Under the pieces are notes generated by a model. It did no database searches and had not been told where the DNA came from. It worked only from the letters and a program-made list of their open reading frames with translations. Shown here one piece after another: positions 19,482 to 32,763 of a stretch of 46,037 nucleotides of DNA (position 1 is the stretch's first letter; the number at the start of each line of letters is the position of its first letter). Source of the stretch: Escherichia phage ClaudiaMuster_Bas77; sequence record PQ850598.1, one strand, 5' to 3'. A program made the translations under genes and the position numbers.

Positions 19482-19738
19482 TCCTCGTCACCCTGAAAAA
19501 TACCGCCAAACTCTTCAACCAGTTCATCAATGCATTCGTCCGCCTCAGCGCAATTGCCAGCGGCACTCAGCAGAATATCAACAGCCTCATCGTCAGGAAT
19601 GTTGATTGCCGAGAAGAACTCAACAATGCACATTTTCACAACCTGATATTCACCTTCTGTCTGGCAAGATGCGAAACTGCAAGCGACCGCATCAATCAGC
19701 TTGGCTTTGTCATCACTTGGGTTATCAATATCAAACAT
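19478..19738 (-). CDS. hypothetical acidic protein (86 aa)
   Basis: Track ORF; first gene downstream of the minus-strand promoter; GAGGTGA RBS. Confidence 0.5.
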   Translation of the reverse strand: MFDIDNPSDDKAKLIDAVACSFASCQTEGEYQVVKMCIVEFFSAINIPDDEAVDILLSAAGNCAEADECIDELVEEFGGIFQGDEE

Positions 19739-19778
19739 TTCATCACCTCTAACATTTATTGTTGTTTCTACGTCACTA

Positions 19779-19830
19779 ACTATAAACGCACCATCAATCT
19801 ACGTCAACAGGAATATGCTAAAATCATGCT
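19779..19830. promoter_or_regulatory. divergent promoter region (minus: TTGACG-17-TATAGT) with motif copies
   Basis: On the minus strand, TTGACG (rc of 19802-19807), 17-nt spacer, TATAGT (rc of 19779-19784). GTTTCTACGTCA and CAATCTACGTCAA motif copies present; plus-strand TAAAAT near 19819 precedes the 19855 gene. Confidence 0.55.
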
Positions 19831-19854
19831 AATCAAAAAACAGGAGATTTGAGC

Positions 19855-19974
19855 ATGGGTTCAACAAACGGTCCTTCTCGTTCGCGCGCTACTGGAAATA
19901 CCAAAACTGGCGGAAAAACTGGCGCAGTTAAGCCGAACGGTTCCACCCGTTCACCATCGCGCGGGAAGAAATAA
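19855..19974 (+). CDS. small highly basic protein (39 aa)
   Basis: Hand-translated: MGSTNGPSRSRATGNTKTGGKTGAVKPNGSTRSPSRGKK; AGGAG RBS; stop overlaps next ATG (TAATG). Confidence 0.45.
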   Translation: MGSTNGPSRSRATGNTKTGGKTGAVKPNGSTRSPSRGKK

Positions 19975-20414
19975 TGTTCGGCGCAGACATTGCCATCATG
20001 ATCATGTATGTGCTGGGTTTTGCCTGCACGGGCATGGTTGCGTTTCTGGTGTTCATTCCGGCAATGGCGATGTCTGTGTATCTTGGATGGGTGCTTGCTG
20101 ATTCATTTCCCGCCGAATATCTGTATTACCTTGCGCAGTCTATGGTCTGGCTATTCCCGGCTATTGCACTGCGCAAAAGTACAAAAATGGCGCTCTGCGT
20201 GCTGACGATGAGCCTTTACGAAAGGCTGGTAGCGATAGAGTCATTCGTATGGGAATTTATCACGCCTGTAGAAACGCCGCTTCATGCGCAGTACGCATTT
20301 ATTATTATCGGCATCCATCTGTTCATCCTTTCCATCACTTTTAAATGGGGCGGCGAAATTGGACATTATTCTTGGCGTGGTCGCCATTGTTTTTTCGCTG
20401 ATTCAAGTCTATAA
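19974..20414 (+). CDS. integral membrane protein (about 4 TM helices)
   Basis: 146-aa track ORF with four hydrophobic segments. Confidence 0.5.
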   Translation: MFGADIAIMIMYVLGFACTGMVAFLVFIPAMAMSVYLGWVLADSFPAEYLYYLAQSMVWLFPAIALRKSTKMALCVLTMSLYERLVAIESFVWEFITPVETPLHAQYAFIIIGIHLFILSITFKWGGEIGHYSWRGRHCFFADSSL

Positions 20415-20446
20415 GTGCTGGAAACATATCATCAGCGAGACACGCA

Positions 20447-20731
20447 ATGAACGAAACACTAAGGCAGGCAGCAGAGCAAGTTATAAGCGGGACGACAGGA
20501 CAGGTGATTGACAAGGCTGGATATGCCTCCATTGGTACTGGTATTGGACTGAAAGTTGCAGAGCAAACGCCTGTCACGCAGTCTTATTTTGAGGCTATGA
20601 TTCCACACAGTCTGACGGAGTGGGCGGCAGTAGCGTCAATCCTTGGCGCTCTGTCTCTGGTAATAAAGAACCTGTTTGAAATGTGGTGGAAAGTCCGGGA
20701 GTCAAAGAGAAATGACAGCACCAACACCTGA
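20447..20731 (+). CDS. hypothetical protein with C-terminal TM helix
   Basis: 94-aa track ORF; TEWAAVASILGALSLVIKNLF helix then charged tail. Confidence 0.45.
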   Translation: MNETLRQAAEQVISGTTGQVIDKAGYASIGTGIGLKVAEQTPVTQSYFEAMIPHSLTEWAAVASILGALSLVIKNLFEMWWKVRESKRNDSTNT

Positions 20732-21104
20732 AGAACTGGTCAGCCAAATGGCGAATCGCGGAATGACCATCACCACAACAGATGCGTCTGGCATTCTGTG
20801 TCTTGTGGCGTCAATCAGTGAATGCCTTGAGCTGAACTATCCCAATGATGAATGCCGGCAAAATGCGATCATGCTGTGGGCTTCCATCCTGATTAGCGCA
20901 AATACCGCAGGGCGCTACGTCACCAGTCAGAGCGCACCATCTGGCGCATCGCAATCATTCGCTTATGGCAGCAAGCCGTGGGTGGCGCTGTACAATCAGA
21001 TGAAGCTACTGGATACGGCAGGATGCACTGGCGATTTGGTGGAAGACCCTGACGGAAGCGGTAAGCCGTGGTTTGCGGTTGTGCGTGGGAGTAAGTGTAA
21101 ATGA
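20712..21104 (+). CDS. putative head-tail connector / adaptor protein
   Basis: Track ORF 20676..21104; ATG at 20712 with GGGAG RBS; call by position between capsid and tail genes. Confidence 0.35.
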   Translation: MTAPTPEELVSQMANRGMTITTTDASGILCLVASISECLELNYPNDECRQNAIMLWASILISANTAGRYVTSQSAPSGASQSFAYGSKPWVALYNQMKLLDTAGCTGDLVEDPDGSGKPWFAVVRGSKCK

Positions 21105-21442
21105 CTTCACTGGCTAACTGGAGCTACACGCAACCATGCACCATCTGGCACAAAAGCGGCACTGACAAGTACGGAAAGCCGACTTTTGATGCACCAGTAA
21201 GCATCATGTGCGATTATGGCTTTAACGATGATGTATCGACCGATGCGAAAGGCAATGAGATTGTGCAGAAGAATACCTTCTGGACAGAATACACTGGCGC
21301 TAAGGTTGGTGATTACATCATGACTGGCACAGTGACAGAAGCTGACCCGCTGGCGGCTGGCGCAAACCAGATTCTGAATGTGATTAATTATGGCAACACG
21401 TTCAATCGTGCTGAGCCGCCTGACTTTGCACTGGTGACATAA
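21101..21442 (+). CDS. putative head-closure protein
   Basis: 113-aa ORF translationally coupled (ATGA) within the head-tail joining gene run; call by position and size. Confidence 0.4.
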   Translation: MTSLANWSYTQPCTIWHKSGTDKYGKPTFDAPVSIMCDYGFNDDVSTDAKGNEIVQKNTFWTEYTGAKVGDYIMTGTVTEADPLAAGANQILNVINYGNTFNRAEPPDFALVT

Positions 21443-21906
21443 TGCCAGCGAAATTAAGAGGCATTCAGGAGGCAATTCGCAAAACTGAGCAGATAGCTGG
21501 CACTATCACGGCAGAAAAAGCGGTGAGAGCAATCAAAAGTGCCAACTATATTATTCGCACAGAAGCGGCAACAATAACGCCAATTGATACATCAAACCTT
21601 ATCAATAGCCAATATGATACGGTGGAAGTGTCAGGGACGAGGATAACAGGAAAAATAGGATATTCTGCTGATTATGCTCTATATGTTCACCGCGCACCGG
21701 GGACACTAAAAGGAAAGCCACGCGCTCATTTTGGCAAGACCAATAACCTTTCAGATTTTGGCCCGAAACAGGTTAAGGAATTTGGTGGCGGCTCGCTGAC
21801 AGGTAACTACTGGGACCCAAATGCCGAGCCACAATTCCTGACCAAGGCGGCGCAGCGCACAAAAGACCTGGTTGATAGTGTGATTAAGAAGGAGATGAAA
21901 CTGTGA
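21442..21906 (+). CDS. putative neck / tail-completion protein (HK97 gp10-like)
   Basis: 154-aa ORF; call by position and loose resemblance to the gp10 family. Confidence 0.4.
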   Translation: MPAKLRGIQEAIRKTEQIAGTITAEKAVRAIKSANYIIRTEAATITPIDTSNLINSQYDTVEVSGTRITGKIGYSADYALYVHRAPGTLKGKPRAHFGKTNNLSDFGPKQVKEFGGGSLTGNYWDPNAEPQFLTKAAQRTKDLVDSVIKKEMKL

Positions 21907-22277
21907 ACATGCTTGAGCTGGTTGATGCATATCTTCAGGATGCAGGATTGTATGATGGCTGGACTTCGCAGTTGCAGTTCTGGAACGACACCGGAGATGG
22001 CAACGAGCAATTTATTGTTCTGCAATCCAATGGTGGCACGCAGGTGATGGACGGCCTCGGCGGTGACTTCTATTTCTCGCTGTACGTTGTTGGGAAACAA
22101 GGCCAGTACAATGTTGCTGATGTCGACGCTAAAGCCAATGAGATTATCGAATACATCAAGACACATCCGATTGATTCATGCGTGAACTACATCCAGTTGC
22201 AGGCTCCTCTCGGACGACCAATGTTGACGGAGGAGAAGCGCCCTGTGCATGAGTTGCTTTTGCGGGTTGTGAAATAA
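21903..22277 (+). CDS. putative tail terminator protein
   Basis: 124-aa ORF, last of the coupled head-tail joining genes. Confidence 0.4.
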   Translation: MNMLELVDAYLQDAGLYDGWTSQLQFWNDTGDGNEQFIVLQSNGGTQVMDGLGGDFYFSLYVVGKQGQYNVADVDAKANEIIEYIKTHPIDSCVNYIQLQAPLGRPMLTEEKRPVHELLLRVVK

Positions 22278-22282
22278 ATAAA

Positions 22283-22305
22283 GCCGCACGAAGCGGCCTT
22301 ATTGC
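22283..22305 (+). terminator. weak hairpin (GCCGC acgaa GCGGC)
   Basis: Short GC stem immediately after the 21903..22277 stop; poor T-tract. Confidence 0.3.
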
Positions 22306-22309
22306 TGGT

Positions 22310-22940
22310 TTAAGCATTGCCAGCATGCTTTCTTAATATCCAGCCCCGTAACCCATACATACCCCTACATATGATTGCGATAATGCTGGATATTAAGTGT
22401 TGTGGTGGCCGGTGCTGATATCCGGCATAAGGCGCTTATTCGGCGGCGTCGAGCTTGCTTATTCGCTTGAGCCATCCTCGTGAGTCAGCCACGTCCCACT
22501 GCGCATCAGCCTGCGCATTCACCACAACGGAAATAGCACTGGATAACCAAGCGCGCAGACTCTTCACGATTATCTGCTCAATGCTCTTACCTGTTGTGTG
22601 CCACGTTTCGTGTGGCTTACGGCAACGACATTACCTGGTTATTCGCTGCACCCTTGAGGGATTTACTAAGGCGACATGCCCGTTGTTACCCACGAATGAG
22701 AGTACTGTCTTCGAGCAGACTTTGCGCGCAAGAACGACGATCAATCACAATACCCTCATTTGTGGGTGCCCATTATTAATCACAGCGGGCCACTGCGCCG
22801 AATTTGCTTACAAGGAATCGGAAGACCTTGCTGACTTACAGGCTATTACGCCGCCATCAGAACAACATCATCGTTTGCATTTATCTTTGTGGTCAGTTTC
22901 TAAAAAGTCCGCAAAGTCGCTTACGAAAACCATCTGAAAT
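22310..22940. other. ORF-poor ~630-bp region with 13-bp inverted repeat
   Basis: No convincing ORF on either strand (track ORF 22455..22937 starts at TTG and has non-protein-like composition). CTTAATATCCAGC (22332-22344) pairs with GCTGGATATTAAG (22385-22397); GCCGG tgctgatat CCGGC hairpin near 22409-22427. Confidence 0.4.
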
Positions 22941-22942
22941 AC

Positions 22943-22986
22943 AATCTACACCACAAAATAATCACTGTCAACACCTGTGATATAAT
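22943..22986. promoter_or_regulatory. divergent promoter region
   Basis: Plus strand: extended -10 TGaTATAAT (22978-22986) ahead of the major tail gene. Minus strand: TTGACA (rc of 22967-22972), 18-nt spacer, TAGATT (rc of 22943-22948), pointing into the ORF-poor region. Confidence 0.5.
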
Positions 22987-23022
22987 CACCACGTTAGCAG
23001 CTAACACAATTCGGAGATCGAA

Positions 23023-23739
23023 ATGGCTATTTGTGCAAATGATAAAGGCGTTCTGGTCGGTCGCATGACCAGACTGTTCCTTGCTGAAGGGTGCGGAGAC
23101 GCAGTTCCGGAGGCGGGAGACTGGAAGTATTTAGGCTCAACCACCAGTAAGGGTGTTGACTACTCGCCGCAGACTACCACGTCGGAGGCAGATACCACTG
23201 GCGGTTTTGTTTCCACTCTCGTTACCAGCTCTGATATGACCATCAGCGCAGAGGTGGAAATCCGCAAGAATGACCCGAGCGATGAGTTTGGCTTCCATCG
23301 TCTGGTTGAGATTTACGCCACCGAACTGAAAGCTCGTCGCCAGCCTTCCTTGTGGGTGCGTCAGGTGACTGGTGCGACTATCGTTACGGCGTATTGCAAC
23401 ATCACCAGCATCAGCTACGAAGGTGGTACGAACGATATCGTTACTGGCAGCCTTGAGTTCAAGGTTTACGATTCTGATAGCGTTACCGTCGAAAGCCTTG
23501 AGCCTCTGGCATTCACTACAGACCTGCCATCAACTGGCACGGCTGGCAGCCCGTTAACTGTTGCTGTTGAAGGTGGTGTCGCTCCTTACACTTATGTATG
23601 GCGCAAAGATGGCGTGGTTGTCGGCAGCGAATCAGGCGCGTCTCTGGCAAGCCCTGCCGCTGGCGTGTATACCGTCACGGTGACTGATTCGTCTACTGAC
23701 CCTGAAATTATTATCAGCACGGCTTGCACTGTGTCCTGA
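23023..23739 (+). CDS. major tail protein with C-terminal Ig-like domain
   Basis: 238 aa; located just before chaperone and tape measure genes; C-terminal Ig-like segment (TAGSPLTVAVEGGVAPYTYVWRKDGVVVGSESGASLASPAAGVYTVTVTD). Confidence 0.65.
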   Translation: MAICANDKGVLVGRMTRLFLAEGCGDAVPEAGDWKYLGSTTSKGVDYSPQTTTSEADTTGGFVSTLVTSSDMTISAEVEIRKNDPSDEFGFHRLVEIYATELKARRQPSLWVRQVTGATIVTAYCNITSISYEGGTNDIVTGSLEFKVYDSDSVTVESLEPLAFTTDLPSTGTAGSPLTVAVEGGVAPYTYVWRKDGVVVGSESGASLASPAAGVYTVTVTDSSTDPEIIISTACTVS

Positions 23740-23744
23740 TAAAT

Positions 23745-23778
23745 AAAAAAGCCCCGGAAGGGGCTTTGTTTTATTCTT
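23745..23778. terminator. bidirectional rho-independent terminator
   Basis: AAAAAA GCCCC ggaa GGGGC TTTGTTTTATT. Confidence 0.65.
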
Positions 23779-24037
23779 GCGGTGGCTCTGGTAGTGGCAT
23801 CCAGTGGGTGGCATCACTAATCAAGCCATATTCATTAGTTTGAGGGTGATTACCGCGCCCATCTCCGTATTTAAAACTCTCCATAAAGCCATAATGTTTA
23901 TCACCATTAATGTTCACAAAACCGTAATAAGCAGGAATAACGCCGATCTCACACGTAACCAGTAAGGGAAAACTAGTTCTCCAGTTTAGCTCGCCAATTA
24001 CAGGCATCCTCTCACTGCACTTAATCCACTGGATCAT
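23771..24037 (-). CDS. DUF551-like protein
   Basis: 88 aa; C-terminal ...ATHWMPLPEPP resembles the DUF551 signature as recalled. Confidence 0.45.
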   Translation of the reverse strand: MIQWIKCSERMPVIGELNWRTSFPLLVTCEIGVIPAYYGFVNINGDKHYGFMESFKYGDGRGNHPQTNEYGLISDATHWMPLPEPPQE

Positions 24038-24177
24038 ATCACCTTATCCTCATCAAAAATCACACCAATCACACGAAGCAAGTCTTTCGCCATGCGTTCA
24101 GCTTCTTCATAGTCGTAACCCGCATCGACATACAAATCGGTGTAGAAAATCAGGTCGGATTTTGTTTGTTCGTTCAT
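24034..24177 (-). CDS. hypothetical acidic protein (47 aa)
   Basis: Hand-translated: MNEQTKSDLIFYTDLYVDAGYDYEEAERMAKDLLRVIGVIFDEDKVI; ATGA coupling on both sides. Confidence 0.4.
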   Translation of the reverse strand: MNEQTKSDLIFYTDLYVDAGYDYEEAERMAKDLLRVIGVIFDEDKVI

Positions 24178-24380
24178 TTTTTATCGCCGCTCTTAACTAA
24201 TGCCCAAACAAGCGCGGCGACCCAGCCAATAAAACTCCATCCAACGAGAATATTCAGTACGCAGATTGCAGTCGTGTTTACGTGCTTGCGTTGCAGAGCC
24301 ACAAAAGATGGCAGGAGGTACGCAAATATCACCAACCCAACAAAAAACAACAAAATAACGACGTCCATAGCTAACCTCAA
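24174..24380 (-). CDS. superinfection-immunity-like small membrane protein
   Basis: 68 aa; LLPSFVALQRKHVNTTAICVLNILVGWSFIGWVAALVWA fits the Imm_superinfect family pattern (..R.H.N......N...GWT..GW..ALIWA) as recalled. Confidence 0.5.
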   Translation of the reverse strand: MRLAMDVVILLFFVGLVIFAYLLPSFVALQRKHVNTTAICVLNILVGWSFIGWVAALVWALVKSGDKK

Positions 24381-24400
24381 CTGTTAATAACTTGTTTATA

Positions 24401-24694
24401 TTACATGCCATTCTTTTCACACAAAGCAACAGCCACATCACGCAATTGCTCTTTAGTCATATCCTTGCGTGCATAAACCATTTCTACGATAGCAAGGCCG
24501 ATTATTTCTGCTGATTCGTTGTTTTTTGCAGAACCTTTTACCACCACTTCCGCAAGATTCTTGCTGATACCGTTATCGCGAACATCAGCAGTGTTCATGG
24601 CGATTTCTCCAATGTTTTTGCACATATCGGAAGTCGCACTGGCGGCAAAAGAAGAAGCCAATAGTACAGATGCAATCAACATTTTAATTTTCAT
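24401..24694 (-). CDS. secreted / periplasmic protein with signal peptide
   Basis: 97 aa; N-terminal MKIKMLIASVLLASSFAASA with AxA-type cleavage site; no lipobox. Confidence 0.5.
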   Translation of the reverse strand: MKIKMLIASVLLASSFAASATSDMCKNIGEIAMNTADVRDNGISKNLAEVVVKGSAKNNESAEIIGLAIVEMVYARKDMTKEQLRDVAVALCEKNGM

Positions 24695-24733
24695 AACTCA
24701 CCTCATTTATTCATCACTCGTTTCGATGACTTG

Positions 24734-24782
24734 AATCTACATCACCACCTCGCAGGTGTCAACACCACTGAGATGATATAAT
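24734..24782. promoter_or_regulatory. divergent promoter region
   Basis: Minus strand: TTGACA (rc of 24757-24762), 17-nt spacer, TAGATT (rc of 24734-24739). Plus strand: extended -10 TGaTATAAT (24774-24782) ahead of 24803. Confidence 0.55.
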
Positions 24783-24802
24783 CAACATCAGTCAAATTCA
24801 GG

Positions 24803-25519
24803 ATGCAAAACATGAGCAATCGCACGCCACTAACAGAAATCGGGGAGATGCGCATCTCTCTTTCTGACAGGAGTTTTTTCTTTAAGCCATCATTCCGCGC
24901 CATGAATGAAATTGGCACACCAAAAGAAATCGTCGAGGTGTACGCTAAGCTCAATGGCATTGATTATGTTGCGCCATTGCAGCACGTAGAATACCTACCA
25001 TTTGGCGCGCAGATGCAGGTTATGAAGACTATCAATAAGCCTGTGTATGGTCGCCATGTGCTGAGCGCAGCCTATATTGTCATGCAGTCATGCTGTGAAG
25101 ATGATGTTTCTGTGTTGATTGGTGGCTGGAAGCCAACACCGCGCGGCGTGCGATATGTTCCAGGCATCATGCCAGTGAGCGACATTATTATTATTGCGCG
25201 TAACCTTATGCAGCATGGCATCATCGGAAAATCTCCACTCAAAGTGCCTGAGCGTCTGGAAGAGCAGGGAAAGAAAACCACAAACGAGTTTCATGCATCG
25301 CAATACATCATCTCAGCACGCACGCATTTCGACATGACGCGCGATGAGGCAGAAAACCTGTCTATGACAGAGTTTCAGATGATGATTAAGAATAAATATC
25401 CAGAGCCGAAAGGGTTAACGAAAGAAGAACGCGCAGCAGAGTACGATCAGGCTAAAGCAGACCGTGAGCGCATGAAGGCACTGGCTGAACGCAAAGCGAA
25501 AAAAGCGAGGAATACATAA
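24803..25519 (+). CDS. putative tail assembly chaperone
   Basis: 238-aa ORF between major tail and tape measure genes, stop overlaps tape measure ATG (TAATG); no slippery site verified. Confidence 0.4.
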   Translation: MQNMSNRTPLTEIGEMRISLSDRSFFFKPSFRAMNEIGTPKEIVEVYAKLNGIDYVAPLQHVEYLPFGAQMQVMKTINKPVYGRHVLSAAYIVMQSCCEDDVSVLIGGWKPTPRGVRYVPGIMPVSDIIIIARNLMQHGIIGKSPLKVPERLEEQGKKTTNEFHASQYIISARTHFDMTRDEAENLSMTEFQMMIKNKYPEPKGLTKEERAAEYDQAKADRERMKALAERKAKKARNT

Positions 25520-28001
25520 TGGCTGAAGAAGTCGGCGGAATTGTCTATGAAGTCGGGATGGATGTATCCGGGCTGACGACTGGCGGGCAAAAGGTAAACA
25601 AGGTTCTTCAGGAGATTGAGAAGTCAATTGATGAGTCAATTGCCGGGATAAATAAACTTGATACCGGATTAAAAAACACCGCATCGACAGCTGAGAAATC
25701 TGGCAGGAGTTTCTCCAGTTTAAATAACGCCATGAGACAGGGCGGCTACCAGATTCAGGACTTTGTAGTTCAGGTGCAGAGCGGACAATCGGCACTCGTT
25801 GCTTTAAGTCAACAAGGTAGTCAGTTATTAAGCGTCTTTGGTTCTGGAGGCGCAGTTGCCGGTGCATTGCTAACCATCGGTACGGTAATCGTTGGCTCAT
25901 TAATTGCTGGCATGGATAACGCAGCCGTTTCCACAAAGGCGCTCACCGCAGCACAGCAGCGACTTGCTGACATATTCCAGCTTTCTGCTAATGGAGTTGT
26001 AGTTCTCTCTGACAAATTCGCAACACTGGCTAAACAGTCAGAAAACGCCGCCAGAGCACAGTTAACAATGGCTCTGATTGATGCAAACAATATCATCAAG
26101 GCTTCAGTGCAGGGCGTCAATGAGCTTGGCGACGCACTTGGCTCATGGAAAGCGCCACTATCAGCCGCCATCAGCCAGCTTGACACACTGAAAGCAAGAG
26201 GCATTGATGTAAACACAGCACTCAAGAATCTTGGCGGGACATATGAGGGTAATATCCTCGGACTAAACCAGCTTAATCAGGTGGTAAAAAGTCTGGCAGA
26301 TGAGTTTGGCATAAGCGCCGAGGATGCTTTGAAGCTGGTTGAAGCTCTGGCGGCGGTGAGAAAAAACGCCAATCCTGAAACAATAGCAGAATTACGTGAC
26401 CTGACTGTTGACCTTAGTCAGAAATATGGATATGCAAACAAGTCGCTATCTGAACTGACTGGCAAGGTTGGCGAATATTCCATTTCAGCAGATCAGGCAG
26501 CAGAATCTACAAAAATGGCTACCGACATGCTTAACGGTCACAAGGTAGCTTCAGAAGAGGATGCGAGAGCAACTGAAGAAAACACGAAAAGGCTTCAGGC
26601 TTACATCCAGTCGATCAAGGAAGAAGGTGAAACCATCGCCTTTACCGCCAGACAAAAGGCTCTGTACAGAGCAGAGCAGCTTGGAGCAAGTGACGCAGAT
26701 AAGCAAACAATCAACTCGTCGTTCGACAAGATAGAGGCTTACAAAGCTGAACTTGCCGCAAAGAAAGAGCAGGAAAGGCAAGATAAAAAACGCATAACTG
26801 CATCAACAAAACAGGCCAATCTTGAAGAGTCGGTAGCTCAGAAGCTGGAAAAATTACGCCAGCAAACCATGCTCAATGCCACGTCTACCAGCGAACTATC
26901 ACGCGAGCAAGCAATTCTCAACGCGCAGCAATCGCTTGGCAAGGCCGCCACTCAGGAGCAAATAAAACTGGCTGGTGAGTACGCTGCGAAGATTTGGGAC
27001 CAGAAGAATGCATTGAAGGAGCAAGCAGAAGCGGAAAAAGAAAAGCAACGCGTAGAAAAATCATATCAAGGGTTGCGCGCTATTGCATCGCCAACCACTG
27101 GCATTGACAGTGAATACCAGCAACGTATGGCTGACCTTGACGCCTACGCCGCAGCATATCCGCAGAAAATCACGGAGATTGAGCAGACTCGCGCAGCAAT
27201 TGAAGCACAATACCGCCAACAGCGAATGGACGCTATGTGGGCTGAATGGCAGCAACAAAGCCTCGGTGCGCAACTGTTCGGTACCGCTCTTGATTCAGCA
27301 ATGAGTACGGCATCAAACAGCATCACCGGATTGCTTACCGGAACGATGAGCGTTCAGGATGCCATGCGCAGCCTCGGCTCTACGGTGCTGAACTCTCTGG
27401 TAAACAGCTTCATTGAAATGGGTGTGCAGTGGGTTAAATCTGCTGTTATGGGGCAGACTGCACAGGTTGCGGCTACGGCAACCACAACGGCGGCGCAAAC
27501 GGCAGGATTGGCAACCACAACAGCAGCATCTACGGCGGCGGCAGCAACCACTACGGCGGCATGGACTCCGGCAGCAATCGTCGCATCAATCGGCTCATTC
27601 GGCGGGGCGGCTGCAATTGGGGTAGGTGCCGTTCTCGGAGCGCTGGCGATGGGCATTGCTGGCAAGCGTAAAAATGGTGGCCCTGTTAGTGCCGGAAGTA
27701 TGTACGAAGTTGGCGAAAATGGCTTGCCTGAAATATTCCAGGCGTCCAACGGCCGCCAGTATATGATTCCCGGTAACGATGGATCAGTTATCAGCAACAA
27801 AGACCTGACAGGCGGCAGCAGTGGCGTTGTAGTTTATAATAGCATTATCAATAACAGCTCAGCGCAGGTTAGCAGCAGCGCCAGAGATAATGGTGACGGC
27901 AGCGTGACGATTGAGACGATTGTGAGTGATATAGAAAACAACGGCCCCATTGGGCAAAGCATTAGCCGCAACTACTCAGCAAACCGGAGAGCAACCGAAT
28001 A

Positions 28002-28002
<1 letters not shown>
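25519..28002 (+). CDS. tail tape measure protein
   Basis: 827 aa, largest gene in the tail module; long helical A/Q/E/K-rich regions, Ala/Thr-rich low-complexity stretch, hydrophobic segment (GALAMGIAG). Confidence 0.85.
27470..27585 (+). repeat. low-complexity GCN/ACN codon repeat inside tape measure gene
   Basis: Encodes AATATTTAAQTAGLATTTAASTAAAATTTAAWTPAA; degenerate tandem repetition visible in the DNA. Confidence 0.5.
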
Positions 28003-32724
<4,722 letters not shown>

Positions 32725-32763
32725 TACAATATACATCAAATTCACAAAGGAGCATTTATTATA

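Noticed and set aside
22310-22450. Possible tRNA gene in the structured intergenic region
   Set aside because: No T-loop (GTTCGA-like) or D-loop consensus found on either strand; the hairpins do not fit a cloverleaf.
22455-22937. 160-aa plus-strand ORF in the ORF-poor region
   Set aside because: Starts at TTG without RBS and has Cys/His/Arg-rich, non-protein-like composition; treated as non-coding, with the region flagged as a finding instead.
24803-25519. Programmed -1 frameshift (gpG/gpGT-type) in the tail chaperone gene
   Set aside because: No second overlapping frame of suitable length and no slippery heptamer identified by eye; the gene is reported as a single ORF.
27354-27800. 148-aa minus-strand ORF with Ala/Val/Pro-rich translation
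   Set aside because: Antisense to the low-complexity GCN/ACN repeat inside the tape measure gene; repeat-driven open frame.
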